Shown: positions 47,875-57,927, counted from the first letter of the stretch. The stretch: 64,000 nt of DNA from Candidatus Woesebacteria bacterium (GCA_963784785.1 CAWASW010000005.1:9247-73246); one strand, 5' to 3'. The notes: generated by a model not told the origin, from the sequence alone. Program-made: numbers and translations.

Positions 47875-48309
47875 AATTCAAAATTAAACCTGCCCGTTTA
47901 TGAACGAGAATAACTGTGTACTAATTGGGGTACTTGACACGATAGCTTTCCGTTTGAAAATGAATATTTTGATATCGTTTACTCTCACCTTTCCATACAA
48001 TTTTTTAATAATGAAACTACTGAAAAGGTATTTAAAGAAATTAGCCGAGTTCTCAAAAAAGATGGAATGATTGCAATTATGGTTAACACAAAAAGTGACC
48101 CGGAAATATCTCAATCTAAATTAATTTCTGAAGATTTATATGAAACTCCAAGCGGATTGATTAAAAGATTTTTCGATGAAGATTCACTGTTAAAATTCAC
48201 CTCAAATAAATTTGAAACTATTTTGCTTGATTCAAAAGGGGAAACGTACAAAGACGAGATAAAAACACTAATTAGATATATTGGTAAAAAAATATGATAA
48301 TATTTATTT

Positions 48310-48723
48310 ATGCAAGAAAATAATGTTATTAATCAAATGAATCAGCCAATCAGTAATCCAGTTCCAACTAACGACCAACGACCAAAGGTCAACAGTTTTC
48401 TTGTGATTTTACTATCTATTTTGTTATTCATCTCAGTTTCAATTGCCGGTTTTTTTGCTTTTCAAACACAAAAACTAGTAAAAGAATTTACAAATTTAAA
48501 AAATCAGTCAACTGCAACACCTGTTGCTAGTATTGAGCCGACAATTGAACCAATTTCAACAAATAGTACCACCACAGATCCAACTGCAAATTGGGAGATA
48601 TATATAAGTACAAAGACTGGCTATAGCGTAAAATATCCAAAATCGATTCCCATCGAATCGCTATCTGGTAATTTCAACTGTACAACTTGTATAGAAGAGC
48701 TTCGTTTAACCTTCCTCACTTAA
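48310..48723 (+). CDS. secreted/TM-anchored hypothetical protein, probably the N-terminal part of a gene split by an IS200/IS605 element (C-part 49250-49584)
   Basis: Stop codon immediately precedes the IS left hairpin. Confidence 0.4.
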   Translation: MQENNVINQMNQPISNPVPTNDQRPKVNSFLVILLSILLFISVSIAGFFAFQTQKLVKEFTNLKNQSTATPVASIEPTIEPISTNSTTTDPTANWEIYISTKTGYSVKYPKSIPIESLSGNFNCTTCIEELRLTFLT

Positions 48724-49247
48724 ATCCCCGACCGTAAGGTCGTGGGATGGAGTTACCCCTGCAGCTTTTTTGGTTGTAAAATATATGTATGGACTTTATT
48801 TACATATCACACTGCGTGTACCAATGTGATTACCACATAGTCATAGCCACTAAGTACAGAAAGAACATTTTTAATGAAGGAATTTTTGCATACTTTGATA
48901 TTAAGTTGGCGGAAATTAAGGAACATTACCCAATGATAAATATTAAGGAAGTAAATCATGACAAAGATCATTTACACCTTCTTGTTTCCATTCCGCCAAC
49001 TATTGCAGTTGGTAAAGTTGTAGGAATTATTAAACAAAATACAGCTAGGTTCTTAAAACAAAAATTCCCATTCCTTAAAAATGTGTACTGGGGGACTGAA
49101 TCAATATGGTCTGAAGGCTACTTTGTATCAACTGTGGGAATAAACAAAAGTGTGATAGAGAGGTACATAGAAAACCAAGGTAAAAAAGATGCAGGGCAAA
49201 CTCTGTTTGTGTTCTAATGAAACCCCGACCGTCAGGTCGTGGGTCTA
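48724..49247 (+). mobile_element. second IS200/IS605-family element type (tnpA only)
   Basis: Subterminal hairpins CCCCGACCGTAAGGTCGTGGG (48727-48746) and CCCCGACCGTCAGGTCGTGGG (49223-49243); boundaries approximate. Confidence 0.6.
48789..49217 (+). CDS. tnpA: IS200/IS605 family Y1 transposase TnpA (distinct from the 144-aa type)
   Basis: 142 aa, HuH motif HLHLLV, Tyr region SEGYFVSTVG. Confidence 0.8.
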   Translation: MDFIYISHCVYQCDYHIVIATKYRKNIFNEGIFAYFDIKLAEIKEHYPMINIKEVNHDKDHLHLLVSIPPTIAVGKVVGIIKQNTARFLKQKFPFLKNVYWGTESIWSEGYFVSTVGINKSVIERYIENQGKKDAGQTLFVF

Positions 49248-49584
49248 TTCATCACCAAGTCCAGCTAATGGAAGTTCCAGCATAGCTGTTGTTTTAGTAT
49301 TTAAAGATAACAGAATTAAAACAATTGAAGATTATAAAAACGTAATAATAAAAGGTGATTCATCGATTATAGATGTTAAAAACACAAAGATTGGTGGTTT
49401 TAATGCTGTTTCGTATAAACTTTCTGGTGGTATTCCACCACTTCCATTAATTGAATACGTAGTGGTTCATAATAATTATTATTATGTTGTAAGATTGATC
49501 GATAGTGAGGAAACAAACAAAGATTTAATTGGTAACAAAAAAATATTTGACCAAATTCTTTCCTCCTTCAAATTTACTAACTAA
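49189..49584 (+). CDS. hypothetical; likely the C-terminal part of the IS-split secreted protein (real coding begins after about 49247)
   Basis: The ORF N-terminus lies inside the IS right end. Confidence 0.35.
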   Translation: MQGKLCLCSNETPTVRSWVYSSPSPANGSSSIAVVLVFKDNRIKTIEDYKNVIIKGDSSIIDVKNTKIGGFNAVSYKLSGGIPPLPLIEYVVVHNNYYYVVRLIDSEETNKDLIGNKKIFDQILSSFKFTN

Positions 49585-49592
49585 TTTCTCCC

Positions 49593-50117
49593 TTGTTTGA
49601 TAGTGTTAACTGTGGTAATTTTATATGTATGAGATTCAACGATGACGTTATGGAAACTACTCTAAATCCAATCAAACCTACAGTTGTTAGAAAAATTGAT
49701 ACTTCATTAAGTTTAAAGAAAAATATTGTTTTAGGATTAATTTCAGTTGTTGTGGTTTTGGCTGGAATTGGTGCTGGATATTTATTTTCTGGCGTAGGTA
49801 AAAGTACAGGTTCTTCAACCGGAAATGCTTCTGGAAAATCTGTTACGGCTTCTGATACTGAAGCTGGTGCAAAAGATGAATCAAAGTTTTCAACTACAAC
49901 TGATGGTGAACTAGCAGAAGGTGGAATTGGTGGAGAGGGGAACTTTCATTTAATAAGAGGATCAGGTCCTTCACAATATGCGTATTTGACCTCAAGTTCA
50001 GTTGATTTAACTCCTTTTATAGGTAAAAAAGTGCAAATTTGGGGTGAAACCATGTCAGGTAAAAAGGCCGGCTGGTTAATTGATGTCGGTAAAATCAAAG
50101 TAATGGAGGGAGAGTAA
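49593..50117 (+). CDS. membrane-anchored hypothetical protein upstream of ftsE (probable start METT... near 49650)
   Basis: TM helix plus Gly/Ser-rich region. Confidence 0.35.
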   Translation: MFDSVNCGNFICMRFNDDVMETTLNPIKPTVVRKIDTSLSLKKNIVLGLISVVVVLAGIGAGYLFSGVGKSTGSSTGNASGKSVTASDTEAGAKDESKFSTTTDGELAEGGIGGEGNFHLIRGSGPSQYAYLTSSSVDLTPFIGKKVQIWGETMSGKKAGWLIDVGKIKVMEGE

Positions 50118-50770
50118 TGATCTCTTTTCATAACGTAACAAAAAACTTTGGCTCCATAAATGCATTAGACAACGTTAGCTTTGATATTAAAGAGGGTGAA
50201 TTTGTGTTTCTAACTGGACCATCTGGTGCAGGCAAAACCACAATTTTAAAGATGATTCTTCGCGAAATGCTTCCAGATAGCGGTACAGTTCTTTTTGATA
50301 ACGTTGATGTTACTAAATTGTCAGAAAGTGATATACCAAAATTGAGACAACAAATGGGAATTGTTTTCCAGGATTTTAAGGTCTTGCAAGAAAGAACAGT
50401 AACTGAAAACGTTGAAGTTGCTTTGGCTGTTTCAAATGTCCCCCAAAATGAATGGAATAGTAGAGTAAATCATGTACTGAAATTAGTAGGTTTATCGAAT
50501 AGGTCAAGGTTGTTTCCTTCACAACTTTCAGGAGGAGAACTCCAGAGAGCTTCTTTAGCCCGTGCCTTAGTCATTAATCCAAAATTAATTCTTGCTGATG
50601 AACCTACTGGTAACTTGGATTGGAAAACCGCAGAAGGAATAATGGAGTTATTGGAAAAAATTAACAAAGAAGGCAAAACAATAATAATGGCAACTCACCA
50701 TGAAGGAATAATTAAACATGCAAAACATAGAGTGGTAGAATTAGTAGACGGGAAAATTACAAAACAATGA
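50117..50770 (+). CDS. ftsE: cell division ABC transporter ATP-binding protein FtsE
   Basis: Walker A GPSGAGKTT, ABC signature LSGGELQR, Walker B ILADEPT. Confidence 0.9.
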   Translation: MISFHNVTKNFGSINALDNVSFDIKEGEFVFLTGPSGAGKTTILKMILREMLPDSGTVLFDNVDVTKLSESDIPKLRQQMGIVFQDFKVLQERTVTENVEVALAVSNVPQNEWNSRVNHVLKLVGLSNRSRLFPSQLSGGELQRASLARALVINPKLILADEPTGNLDWKTAEGIMELLEKINKEGKTIIMATHHEGIIKHAKHRVVELVDGKITKQ

Positions 50771-51684
50771 GCATCCATACAAAAACGGCAACCGACGCAA
50801 TCAAAAGGTCTCCTTTTCAGGCAATTTCAGCAATTTTTGTTTTAGCACTTACCTTTTTCGTATCAACTACAGTTGCTGTTTTAGTAATTGCATCTGGTAA
50901 TGCACTTTCCTATTTTGAAACTAGACCTCAAATTATTACTTTCTTGAAAAATAATTCCACTGCTGAGACTGTTACTGCCTTACAAAATAAACTTGTTTCT
51001 GATTCAAGGATAAAGGATGTAAAATATGTGGCTAAAGAGGAAGCTCTGGAAATTTACAAAAAGGCTACAGAAGATAACCCACTTTTGTCTGAACTTGTTA
51101 GTCCATCTATTTTTCCTGCTTCTTTGGAATTTTCGGTCAATGACCTAAAACTTGCTGAAGTCGTGATTAAAGAAGTAAAAAATGAAGCAATTGTTGAGCA
51201 AGTAGGTTTCACTGCTAACATTGGTGGTGAAAAATCTCTTGGAGATGTAGTTGGAAGACTTAAAACAATAAGTACATATATTAGGATTGGAGGGATTTCA
51301 TTTGTTGGAGTTTTAGCTTTCACTTCATTTTTGGTTTTAATGACAATAATTAGCATGAGAATGACTTCAAGAAAAGGCGAAATCGAAATCCTGAGTTTAA
51401 TTGGTGCAACACCATCCTTTGTTAGGGGTCCAATTGTGATTGAAGGAATTATATATTCTGTTCTGGGGGTATTTATTGGTTGGACTGTTTCATTTATTGG
51501 GTGGCTATATATAACACCTAACATACTTTCTTATTTTGGAAATATTGAGATATTGCCAAAAGATCCAATAAGATTTTTTGTACTATTCTTGGCCATATTG
51601 TGTTCCGAATTGTTAATTGGCTTTTTAATTGCCTTGATTGGGAGTCTTATTGCCGTAAATAGGTCTCTTAAAAAAGCAAGATGA
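50767..51684 (+). CDS. ftsX: cell division permease FtsX
   Basis: Four TM helices with periplasmic loop; translationally coupled to ftsE. Confidence 0.85.
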   Translation: MSIHTKTATDAIKRSPFQAISAIFVLALTFFVSTTVAVLVIASGNALSYFETRPQIITFLKNNSTAETVTALQNKLVSDSRIKDVKYVAKEEALEIYKKATEDNPLLSELVSPSIFPASLEFSVNDLKLAEVVIKEVKNEAIVEQVGFTANIGGEKSLGDVVGRLKTISTYIRIGGISFVGVLAFTSFLVLMTIISMRMTSRKGEIEILSLIGATPSFVRGPIVIEGIIYSVLGVFIGWTVSFIGWLYITPNILSYFGNIEILPKDPIRFFVLFLAILCSELLIGFLIALIGSLIAVNRSLKKAR

Positions 51685-52778
51685 TAGCTAAGATATTAAC
51701 AGTCTTCATTTCAATCTTTCTAATTTTCGCGTATCAAGTAAAAGCTGAAGAATGTAACGGAAGTATTGAAGAAAGAATAACTTGTTACGCGGATAACATT
51801 GCAAAACTTCAAGTTTCTGGAAAAACTTTGTCTAGTCAAATTATGCAATTTGATTCACAGATAAAATTGACAAGTCTGAAAATTCAAAAAACAGAAGAAC
51901 AGATAAATCTGTTATCAGGCCGTATTGTCCAAATAGATGGATCTTTGGATTCGCTGGCAAAAGCATTTTCTGAAAGAGCAGTTGAGACTTACAAGATGGC
52001 CCGAGTTGATGATCCTTTTTTACTTTTAGTTTCATCAGATAATTTAAATGAAGCTTTTGAAAGATTTTCATATCTCAAGAAAATTCAAGAAGGCGATAAA
52101 TTATTGTTAGATATGTTACAAAAAGCTCAAACAACCTATGTAGAAGAAAAAAGTAGTCAAGAAGATTTACAAAAACAATTAGAGACTCAAAAAAATCAAA
52201 TAAACGTTCAGAAATTGGCTAAAAAAAGTTTACTTGATCAAACAAAAAATGATGAAAAAAAATATCAGCTACTTTTGTCCCAAGCTCTGGCAGAAAAAGC
52301 AGCTATTGAAAAGGCACTTGTTTCAGGGACTAAAGTTGGACCTGTTAAGGCAGGAGACCCCATTGCTTTAATAGGTAATTCTGGCTACCCTAGCTGTTCC
52401 ACAGGAAAACATCTTCATTTTGAAATAAGAAAAAATAATATCTGGACAGATCCAGCGCCTTTTATGCAAAGTAAAACACTTAACGATGAAGAAAAAGGCG
52501 GGACAACAAATATTGGTTCTGGGTCATGGCAATGGCCAATTCAAGATACGATAAGACTTACACAACATTATGGGCATACACCTTGGTCATGGAGATATTC
52601 ATATTCTGGTGGTATTCATACAGGTCTTGATATGGTGTCAACAGGATCTGATGTTATCAAAGCTCCGGCTGATGGAAATTTGTTCAAATCGTCAGAAAGA
52701 TGCGGAAGTAGTACTATAAATATAGTTTATATAGAACACGGTAATGGGGTTATAAGTTTTTACTTACATGTGCAGTAA
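51681..52778 (+). CDS. M23 family metallopeptidase with N-terminal coiled-coil (EnvC-like FtsEX partner)
   Basis: Coiled-coil half, then HxxxD and GNSGYPSCSTGKHLHFEI M23 motifs. Confidence 0.8.
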   Translation: MIAKILTVFISIFLIFAYQVKAEECNGSIEERITCYADNIAKLQVSGKTLSSQIMQFDSQIKLTSLKIQKTEEQINLLSGRIVQIDGSLDSLAKAFSERAVETYKMARVDDPFLLLVSSDNLNEAFERFSYLKKIQEGDKLLLDMLQKAQTTYVEEKSSQEDLQKQLETQKNQINVQKLAKKSLLDQTKNDEKKYQLLLSQALAEKAAIEKALVSGTKVGPVKAGDPIALIGNSGYPSCSTGKHLHFEIRKNNIWTDPAPFMQSKTLNDEEKGGTTNIGSGSWQWPIQDTIRLTQHYGHTPWSWRYSYSGGIHTGLDMVSTGSDVIKAPADGNLFKSSERCGSSTINIVYIEHGNGVISFYLHVQ

Positions 52779-53544
52779 TTGGAAAATTATATCGTTATCA
52801 ATTATTATCTTATTTACGTTCCCTCAAAAGGTTAATGCAGCCTTTAACTTCAATATTTCAAGCCCAAGCGCAACACTTATAAATTCTGGCGCGCAAGAAA
52901 TTGAAGTTTTTCTAAATATCACTGAACTACCAAGTGAATCATATTTTAGACTTTCGTTACAGAAAGAAAGTGGTGGATCTTATTATGGATATGTCCAAAA
53001 TAATAACAATGAATGGGCAAAGATACAAACTCTAAGCGGGGATTGCACAAGTTATTTTAAAATTACTGATTTGAAGACTTCGCTTGTTATTCTTAAATAT
53101 AAAATTGGTGACGATTTGTCATTAGACAATGGAAATTATTTTTTGAAAGCTCACAAATTTACAAAGACTTGTAGTTCATATACTGATGGATTAAATGCAA
53201 TTTCAGTTACCGTAAGTTTGCCTACGCCAACTCCATCTCCAACTCCTATAAATACCCCTACTGAAGCACCTACTGCAAATCCAACAGTTAAGCCTACGCC
53301 TACGTATTCTTCGACACCAAAGCCTACTTTAAAACCAACTTCTACTCCAACACCGACTCCTAATGTCTTGGAGCCACAAGTTTTAAGTCTAAGTACCACT
53401 GTCAGTAGTCCTATAACTCAAATCAATACAAACAAAAAGTCTCCGGTGCTTGCAGTTGTATTAATATCTTTAGGTATTGGTTTTTTAGGATATGGAGGGT
53501 ATTTGCTATATAATATGAGGAATGCAAACAAGGAAATTAGTTAG
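52768..53544 (+). CDS. secreted protein with Pro/Thr-rich linker and C-terminal TM anchor, hypothetical
   Basis: Signal peptide, PTPTPSPTP linker, C-terminal hydrophobic segment. Confidence 0.4.
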   Translation: MCSNWKIISLSIIILFTFPQKVNAAFNFNISSPSATLINSGAQEIEVFLNITELPSESYFRLSLQKESGGSYYGYVQNNNNEWAKIQTLSGDCTSYFKITDLKTSLVILKYKIGDDLSLDNGNYFLKAHKFTKTCSSYTDGLNAISVTVSLPTPTPSPTPINTPTEAPTANPTVKPTPTYSSTPKPTLKPTSTPTPTPNVLEPQVLSLSTTVSSPITQINTNKKSPVLAVVLISLGIGFLGYGGYLLYNMRNANKEIS

Positions 53545-53938
53545 TCTTTGGTTACCAGTAATTGTTTGGGCTGGTATTATTTTTACTTTTTCAAGTTTCC
53601 CCACAATCGTTACAGTAGATTTTTATCTAGGAGATTTTTTATTTAAAAAAACCGCACATTTAATGGAATATGGTATTTTTGCAACTTTAATTTATAGAGG
53701 TTTAATCAATTCAAAAATTGAAAAGAAACGGGCTATGATGTATTCTGTTTTGGCAGCATTTTTGTACGGTGCAAGTGATGAGTTTCATCAGTCATTTGTT
53801 TCAGGCAGAACATCTACATTAAGGGATGTTTTAATTGATACAACTGGTGCAACAATTTTTATCTACGGTCTAGTAAATAACATTTCAAAAATGCCAAAGA
53901 ATATAATAAACTTGTTTGCTAAAATTAATTTAAATTAA
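53522..53938 (+). CDS. VanZ-like family membrane protein
   Basis: KTAHLMEYGIFA and GASDEFHQSF motifs. Confidence 0.6.
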   Translation: MQTRKLVSLWLPVIVWAGIIFTFSSFPTIVTVDFYLGDFLFKKTAHLMEYGIFATLIYRGLINSKIEKKRAMMYSVLAAFLYGASDEFHQSFVSGRTSTLRDVLIDTTGATIFIYGLVNNISKMPKNIINLFAKINLN

Positions 53939-54922
53939 ATGAAAGTACTTGTAACAGGTGGGGCAGGATATATAGGTTCCTTCATGATTAGAGAGCTGAA
54001 ATCTAAAGGACATGATGTTGTCATTTTAGACAATTTATCAAATGGCCATACAGAAGCAGTTCAGGAGTTCCCTTTAGAAAAAATAGATTTAGTAAGCGAA
54101 AAGCAAAAACTTCAGGAATTATTTGTTCAAAAAAAATTTGACGCAGTTGTTCATATGGCCTCGTTTATTCAAATGGGTGAATCCTTCAATAACCCTTCAA
54201 AATATTATCATAATAATGTTGAAGGATTTTTAAATTTATTGGATGCTATGAAAGATAATAATTGTATGAAGTTAATTATTTCTTCATCAGCTGGAGTGTA
54301 TGGTAATCCCGTTCGATTGCCAATTGAAGAAGACGACCTTAAAAATCCACTAAATCCATATGGTGAAACAAAATATATGTTAGAGCGAATTGCTGACGAT
54401 TTTGATTTAGCTTACGGAATTAAATATGTATCTTTTAGGTATTTTAATGCAGCAGGAGCTGCTCTTGATGGGTCAATCGGTGAGGCTCATATTGAAGAAA
54501 GTCATTTAATTCCAAATATTATTTCAAAGGCTCTAAAAGGCGAGGAAGTTGTTATTTTTGGAAATGATTATGAAACTCCTGATGGGACATGTGTCAGAGA
54601 CTATATTCATGTTTTGGATTTGGTTGAAGCGCATGCCTTGGGATTAGAATATTTAGGTAAAAATAATACAAGTAATATTTATAACATTGGAATTGGTAAG
54701 GGTTATTCAAATAACGAAGTTATTAAGATGATCGAAAAGTTAGGAAATCTTAAGATAAATATAAAATATGGGTCAAGAAGAGAAGGGGACGCAAATTCTT
54801 TATATGCCTCAACTGAAAAAATAAAAAGGGATATGAACTGGATTCCTAAATATGACTTAGATAAGATCGTGGAATCGGCATTACTTTGGCACAAACTTCA
54901 TCCTACAGGATATTCCTCTTGA
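53939..54922 (+). CDS. galE: UDP-glucose 4-epimerase
   Basis: VLVTGGAGYIGS Rossmann motif, SSSAGVYG, YGETK (YxxxK). Confidence 0.9.
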   Translation: MKVLVTGGAGYIGSFMIRELKSKGHDVVILDNLSNGHTEAVQEFPLEKIDLVSEKQKLQELFVQKKFDAVVHMASFIQMGESFNNPSKYYHNNVEGFLNLLDAMKDNNCMKLIISSSAGVYGNPVRLPIEEDDLKNPLNPYGETKYMLERIADDFDLAYGIKYVSFRYFNAAGAALDGSIGEAHIEESHLIPNIISKALKGEEVVIFGNDYETPDGTCVRDYIHVLDLVEAHALGLEYLGKNNTSNIYNIGIGKGYSNNEVIKMIEKLGNLKINIKYGSRREGDANSLYASTEKIKRDMNWIPKYDLDKIVESALLWHKLHPTGYSS

Positions 54923-54960
54923 CAACAAAAATATCCTGATCTAAAATCGCCAATAATCAT

Positions 54961-56214
54961 ATGAAAAGGAATTTATCTTTAATTTTTGTCTCAGTATTTG
55001 CATTTTTAAGTTTTGCATCAATTGTATATGCTGATCACTATAATGTTTGGGAAAAAGATGGTAATGAAGTAAGTGACAGTAATTATGGTGAATGTCATCC
55101 TACTGCTTCATGTGGAGTAACTACTGGATTAAGGCACAAAAAACAAGAATGGGAGTGTAAAGAAAAGAATGGTAATAAAAGTGATGAATGTTCTCCTAAA
55201 GGATCGAAAGAATTTAGAGAATCAAACCCCACCTTTGATTGTGTTGTCCCGTTTGTCAAATGTGTTCCGTATGAAATAATATGTCATCATAACCCAGCAC
55301 AGAATATAACCCATGAATTTGCTAATGAACAATCATACAATGGTCATTTAGGCACTCCTCACAATGGACAAACATATGATACTGATGGAGCATGTACATC
55401 TGATCATGATCCAATTGCTTGTGTCTGGTCAGATTGGAGTGTTTGCACTCAGTCTTGTGGTGAAGAGACACAAACAAGAACTCATTCTGTAGAATCAAAT
55501 TATGGAGGAGCTTCTTGTATAGGAGATTTCTCAAGATCCTGTAATCTTCCAGCCTGTTATGTTCCAAGATGTGGAAATGAAAAGGTTGATGAAGGCGAAC
55601 AATGTGATGACGGAAATACTGTAAGTCATGATAGATGCTCTGCTACTTGTCAAAATGAAACTCCTGTATGTAATGACGAAATTGCAAACAATTATCAATC
55701 AGTTGACGATGGCGAATATGCAGATATGGAATCTTGTTCGTATTCATCTCATCGATGGTGTGTATTGCAAGATGATGAAAGCTATATTGCTAGGGCTATT
55801 CCAAATAACCAAGAAAATCCAACAGGCAAGCCATGGGAAACTGGAATGGACAAAAATTGTGAATTTCAAAAAGAGGAACCAACACCAACTCCAACTGCTA
55901 CACCAAACAATGGTGATGTCTGTGCAAACATAGAGGGAATTCAATTATCATTACCTGATGATTCGTATCACTTTGATAATGATAGAAAAAATTGTTTACA
56001 ATTTTCTGTTCCAGGAGCACCAACACCACCTCCTGCAATTGGTGGAGCACAGGTTTTGGGTGCTTCTACGATAAATGGTGGAGGAAAAGTATTAGGCACA
56101 TCAACAATGGCAAAGACAGGTGCAGTAGAAGATGCCATATTTAATTCGATATTTACATTAGGTTCTCTTCTAACTTCATTTGGTATAATGAAGAATGGCA
56201 AAAAAAGAGCCTAA
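54961..56214 (+). CDS. Cys-rich secreted protein with a thrombospondin type-1-like repeat and a C-terminal sorting-signal-like tail
   Basis: Signal peptide; CVWSDWSVCTQSCGEETQTRTHS...C fits WSxWSxCSxTCGxGxxxRxR; CGNEKVDEGEQCDDGN Cys-rich repeat; C-terminus has motif, hydrophobic stretch, then KNGKKRA. Confidence 0.55.
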   Translation: MKRNLSLIFVSVFAFLSFASIVYADHYNVWEKDGNEVSDSNYGECHPTASCGVTTGLRHKKQEWECKEKNGNKSDECSPKGSKEFRESNPTFDCVVPFVKCVPYEIICHHNPAQNITHEFANEQSYNGHLGTPHNGQTYDTDGACTSDHDPIACVWSDWSVCTQSCGEETQTRTHSVESNYGGASCIGDFSRSCNLPACYVPRCGNEKVDEGEQCDDGNTVSHDRCSATCQNETPVCNDEIANNYQSVDDGEYADMESCSYSSHRWCVLQDDESYIARAIPNNQENPTGKPWETGMDKNCEFQKEEPTPTPTATPNNGDVCANIEGIQLSLPDDSYHFDNDRKNCLQFSVPGAPTPPPAIGGAQVLGASTINGGGKVLGTSTMAKTGAVEDAIFNSIFTLGSLLTSFGIMKNGKKRA

Positions 56215-56716
56215 ATCAAATTTAAATCTCCCGCTAATTCTTGGTCTTACTTTAATTTTTATTTTTTTTGTATGGAGATATCATCAAGCACAGATTCTAT
56301 CCTTTAATACAAAAGAAGTTGCAAAGATCAGTGCTTCAATTGTAAAACCAATTCACATTAAAGCGTATCCTGTGGGTGTTGATGTTGATATACAGCCTGC
56401 AGTTATTGCAAATGGTGTCTGGCCAGTATTTTCAAATATGGCTGGTTTCGTTGAGAATGATAAAAATCAAATTATTTATGGTCACAATAAAGATAATATA
56501 TTGGGCCCAATTAGATATATAAAAATTGGAGCGATTATAGAAATTTTAAGTAGTGATAATAAAACTTATAAATATGAAGTTATTAAAACTGATACAGTGG
56601 ACCCAAATAACTTAGAATATGTAAAATCTTTTGATTCTGAAATTTTAACTTTATATACATGCACTGGATTTTTAGATTCAAAAAGGTTTGTTGTAGTGGC
56701 TGTATTAAAAAAGTAA
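56195..56716 (+). CDS. sortase family transpeptidase
   Basis: N-terminal TM, catalytic His (YGHN), Cys in TLYTC motif, downstream Arg (KRFVV). Confidence 0.7.
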   Translation: MAKKEPKSNLNLPLILGLTLIFIFFVWRYHQAQILSFNTKEVAKISASIVKPIHIKAYPVGVDVDIQPAVIANGVWPVFSNMAGFVENDKNQIIYGHNKDNILGPIRYIKIGAIIEILSSDNKTYKYEVIKTDTVDPNNLEYVKSFDSEILTLYTCTGFLDSKRFVVVAVLKK

Positions 56717-56741
56717 TGCATATCTGATATGATGAATATGT

Positions 56742-57665
56742 ATGAAACTTTTGGAGAAAATAATTCATTTTCTAATTCCTAGAGAAAGTAATAATCATAA
56801 GGCAAAGATACTGCACCCTTCAAGCCTTGTTGTGATTTCTGTATTAATGATAGTTTCCCAAAATTTTATTGGTTATATATCTAGAATTAGACCTGATATA
56901 TTAGGTTACGCCTCAAACATTTCGATTCAAGAAGTCGTTAATCTCACAAATAAAAAACGTTCTGAGGCCGGTTTGTCAGCATTAACTTTAAACCAAACAC
57001 TTTCAGGCGCTGCATATACAAAAGGACAGGACATGATTGCAAGGGATTATTGGGCACATGTTGCGCCAGATGGAACTCAACCGTGGAAGTTTTTTAATGA
57101 TTTTGGTTATAAATACAGATACGCTGGCGAAAATTTAGCAAGAGACTTCAGTAATGCTTCAGCTGCTGTTGATGCGTGGATGAATTCACCGACCCATAGA
57201 GAAAATATACTTAATCCCAAATATAAAGAGATTGGGATTGGGGTAGTAGAGGGAGATTTAGCGGGAAGTGATACAACTATAATAGTCCAATTTTTTGGAG
57301 CAACATATGCGGATAAAGTAGTTCAGCCTTTAGCAGAAGCACAAAATGTAGAAAATGTATCAAAAGTATCAGAGGTACCAAAAGCTGAACAAACAGCAGC
57401 ACCGATTGCCACGTCACTTACTGTTCCTCGCAATGACACAGTTTTGTCAAAGTTAGATCAGCAAGTATTAATTTCACCATTTACTACAACCAAGAGTGTT
57501 TCTCTTGCTGTGGTAGGATTACTATTTATCGTATTTATCGTTGATGCTATTCTGGTTTCTCGTAGAAAGATCACAAGGATTGCAGGTAGGACTTTTTCTC
57601 ATGTGGCATTTTTATTAATGATATTGGCGATTATAATGATACTTAAATCAGGAAAGATAATATAA
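56742..57665 (+). CDS. CAP/SCP (PR-1-like, YkwD-type) domain protein with C-terminal TM anchor
   Basis: ARDYWAHVAPDG and GENLA...AAVDAWMNSPTHRENIL motifs. Confidence 0.7.
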   Translation: MKLLEKIIHFLIPRESNNHKAKILHPSSLVVISVLMIVSQNFIGYISRIRPDILGYASNISIQEVVNLTNKKRSEAGLSALTLNQTLSGAAYTKGQDMIARDYWAHVAPDGTQPWKFFNDFGYKYRYAGENLARDFSNASAAVDAWMNSPTHRENILNPKYKEIGIGVVEGDLAGSDTTIIVQFFGATYADKVVQPLAEAQNVENVSKVSEVPKAEQTAAPIATSLTVPRNDTVLSKLDQQVLISPFTTTKSVSLAVVGLLFIVFIVDAILVSRRKITRIAGRTFSHVAFLLMILAIIMILKSGKII

Positions 57666-57666
57666 A

Positions 57667-57927
57667 ATGGAAAGTTTAAAAAAACATTTGCCACACTACA
57701 TAAGTTTGATTAGTATTTTTATTGCCGGTTTAATAGGTTTTTATCTATTTTCATATGATCGTTTTTTTCAAATAGGAATAGTAGTTGCTGTATCTTTTTC
57801 GTATATTTCGTGGGGGGTAATTCATCACACTATACATAAAGACATTTGTTTATCTATTGTGATAGAATACATTACTGTCGCCATTCTAGGCATGGTAATA
57901 GCCTTAAGTTTGATTTATAGAATATGA
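57667..57927 (+). CDS. small membrane protein
   Basis: 86 aa, hydrophobic. Confidence 0.3.
   Translation: MESLKKHLPHYISLISIFIAGLIGFYLFSYDRFFQIGIVVAVSFSYISWGVIHHTIHKDICLSIVIEYITVAILGMVIALSLIYRI

Larger units (their letters stand above)
46717..47939 (+). mobile_element. IS3-family insertion sequence (1223 bp) with apparently intact programmed -1 frameshift
   Basis: TG...CA termini with about 28-bp imperfect TIRs (TGACAGGTACCCC... / ...GGGGTACTTGACA); 4-bp TSD CGAT; orfA then orfB joined at A9G run 47021-47030. Confidence 0.8.
46441..48297 (+). pseudogene. class I SAM-dependent methyltransferase interrupted by an IS3-family element
   Basis: N-part LDLGAGQGQD (motif I) to 46716; C-part from 47944 continues in frame, ...HDLSD-SFPFENEYFDIVYS... 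Confidence 0.65.
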
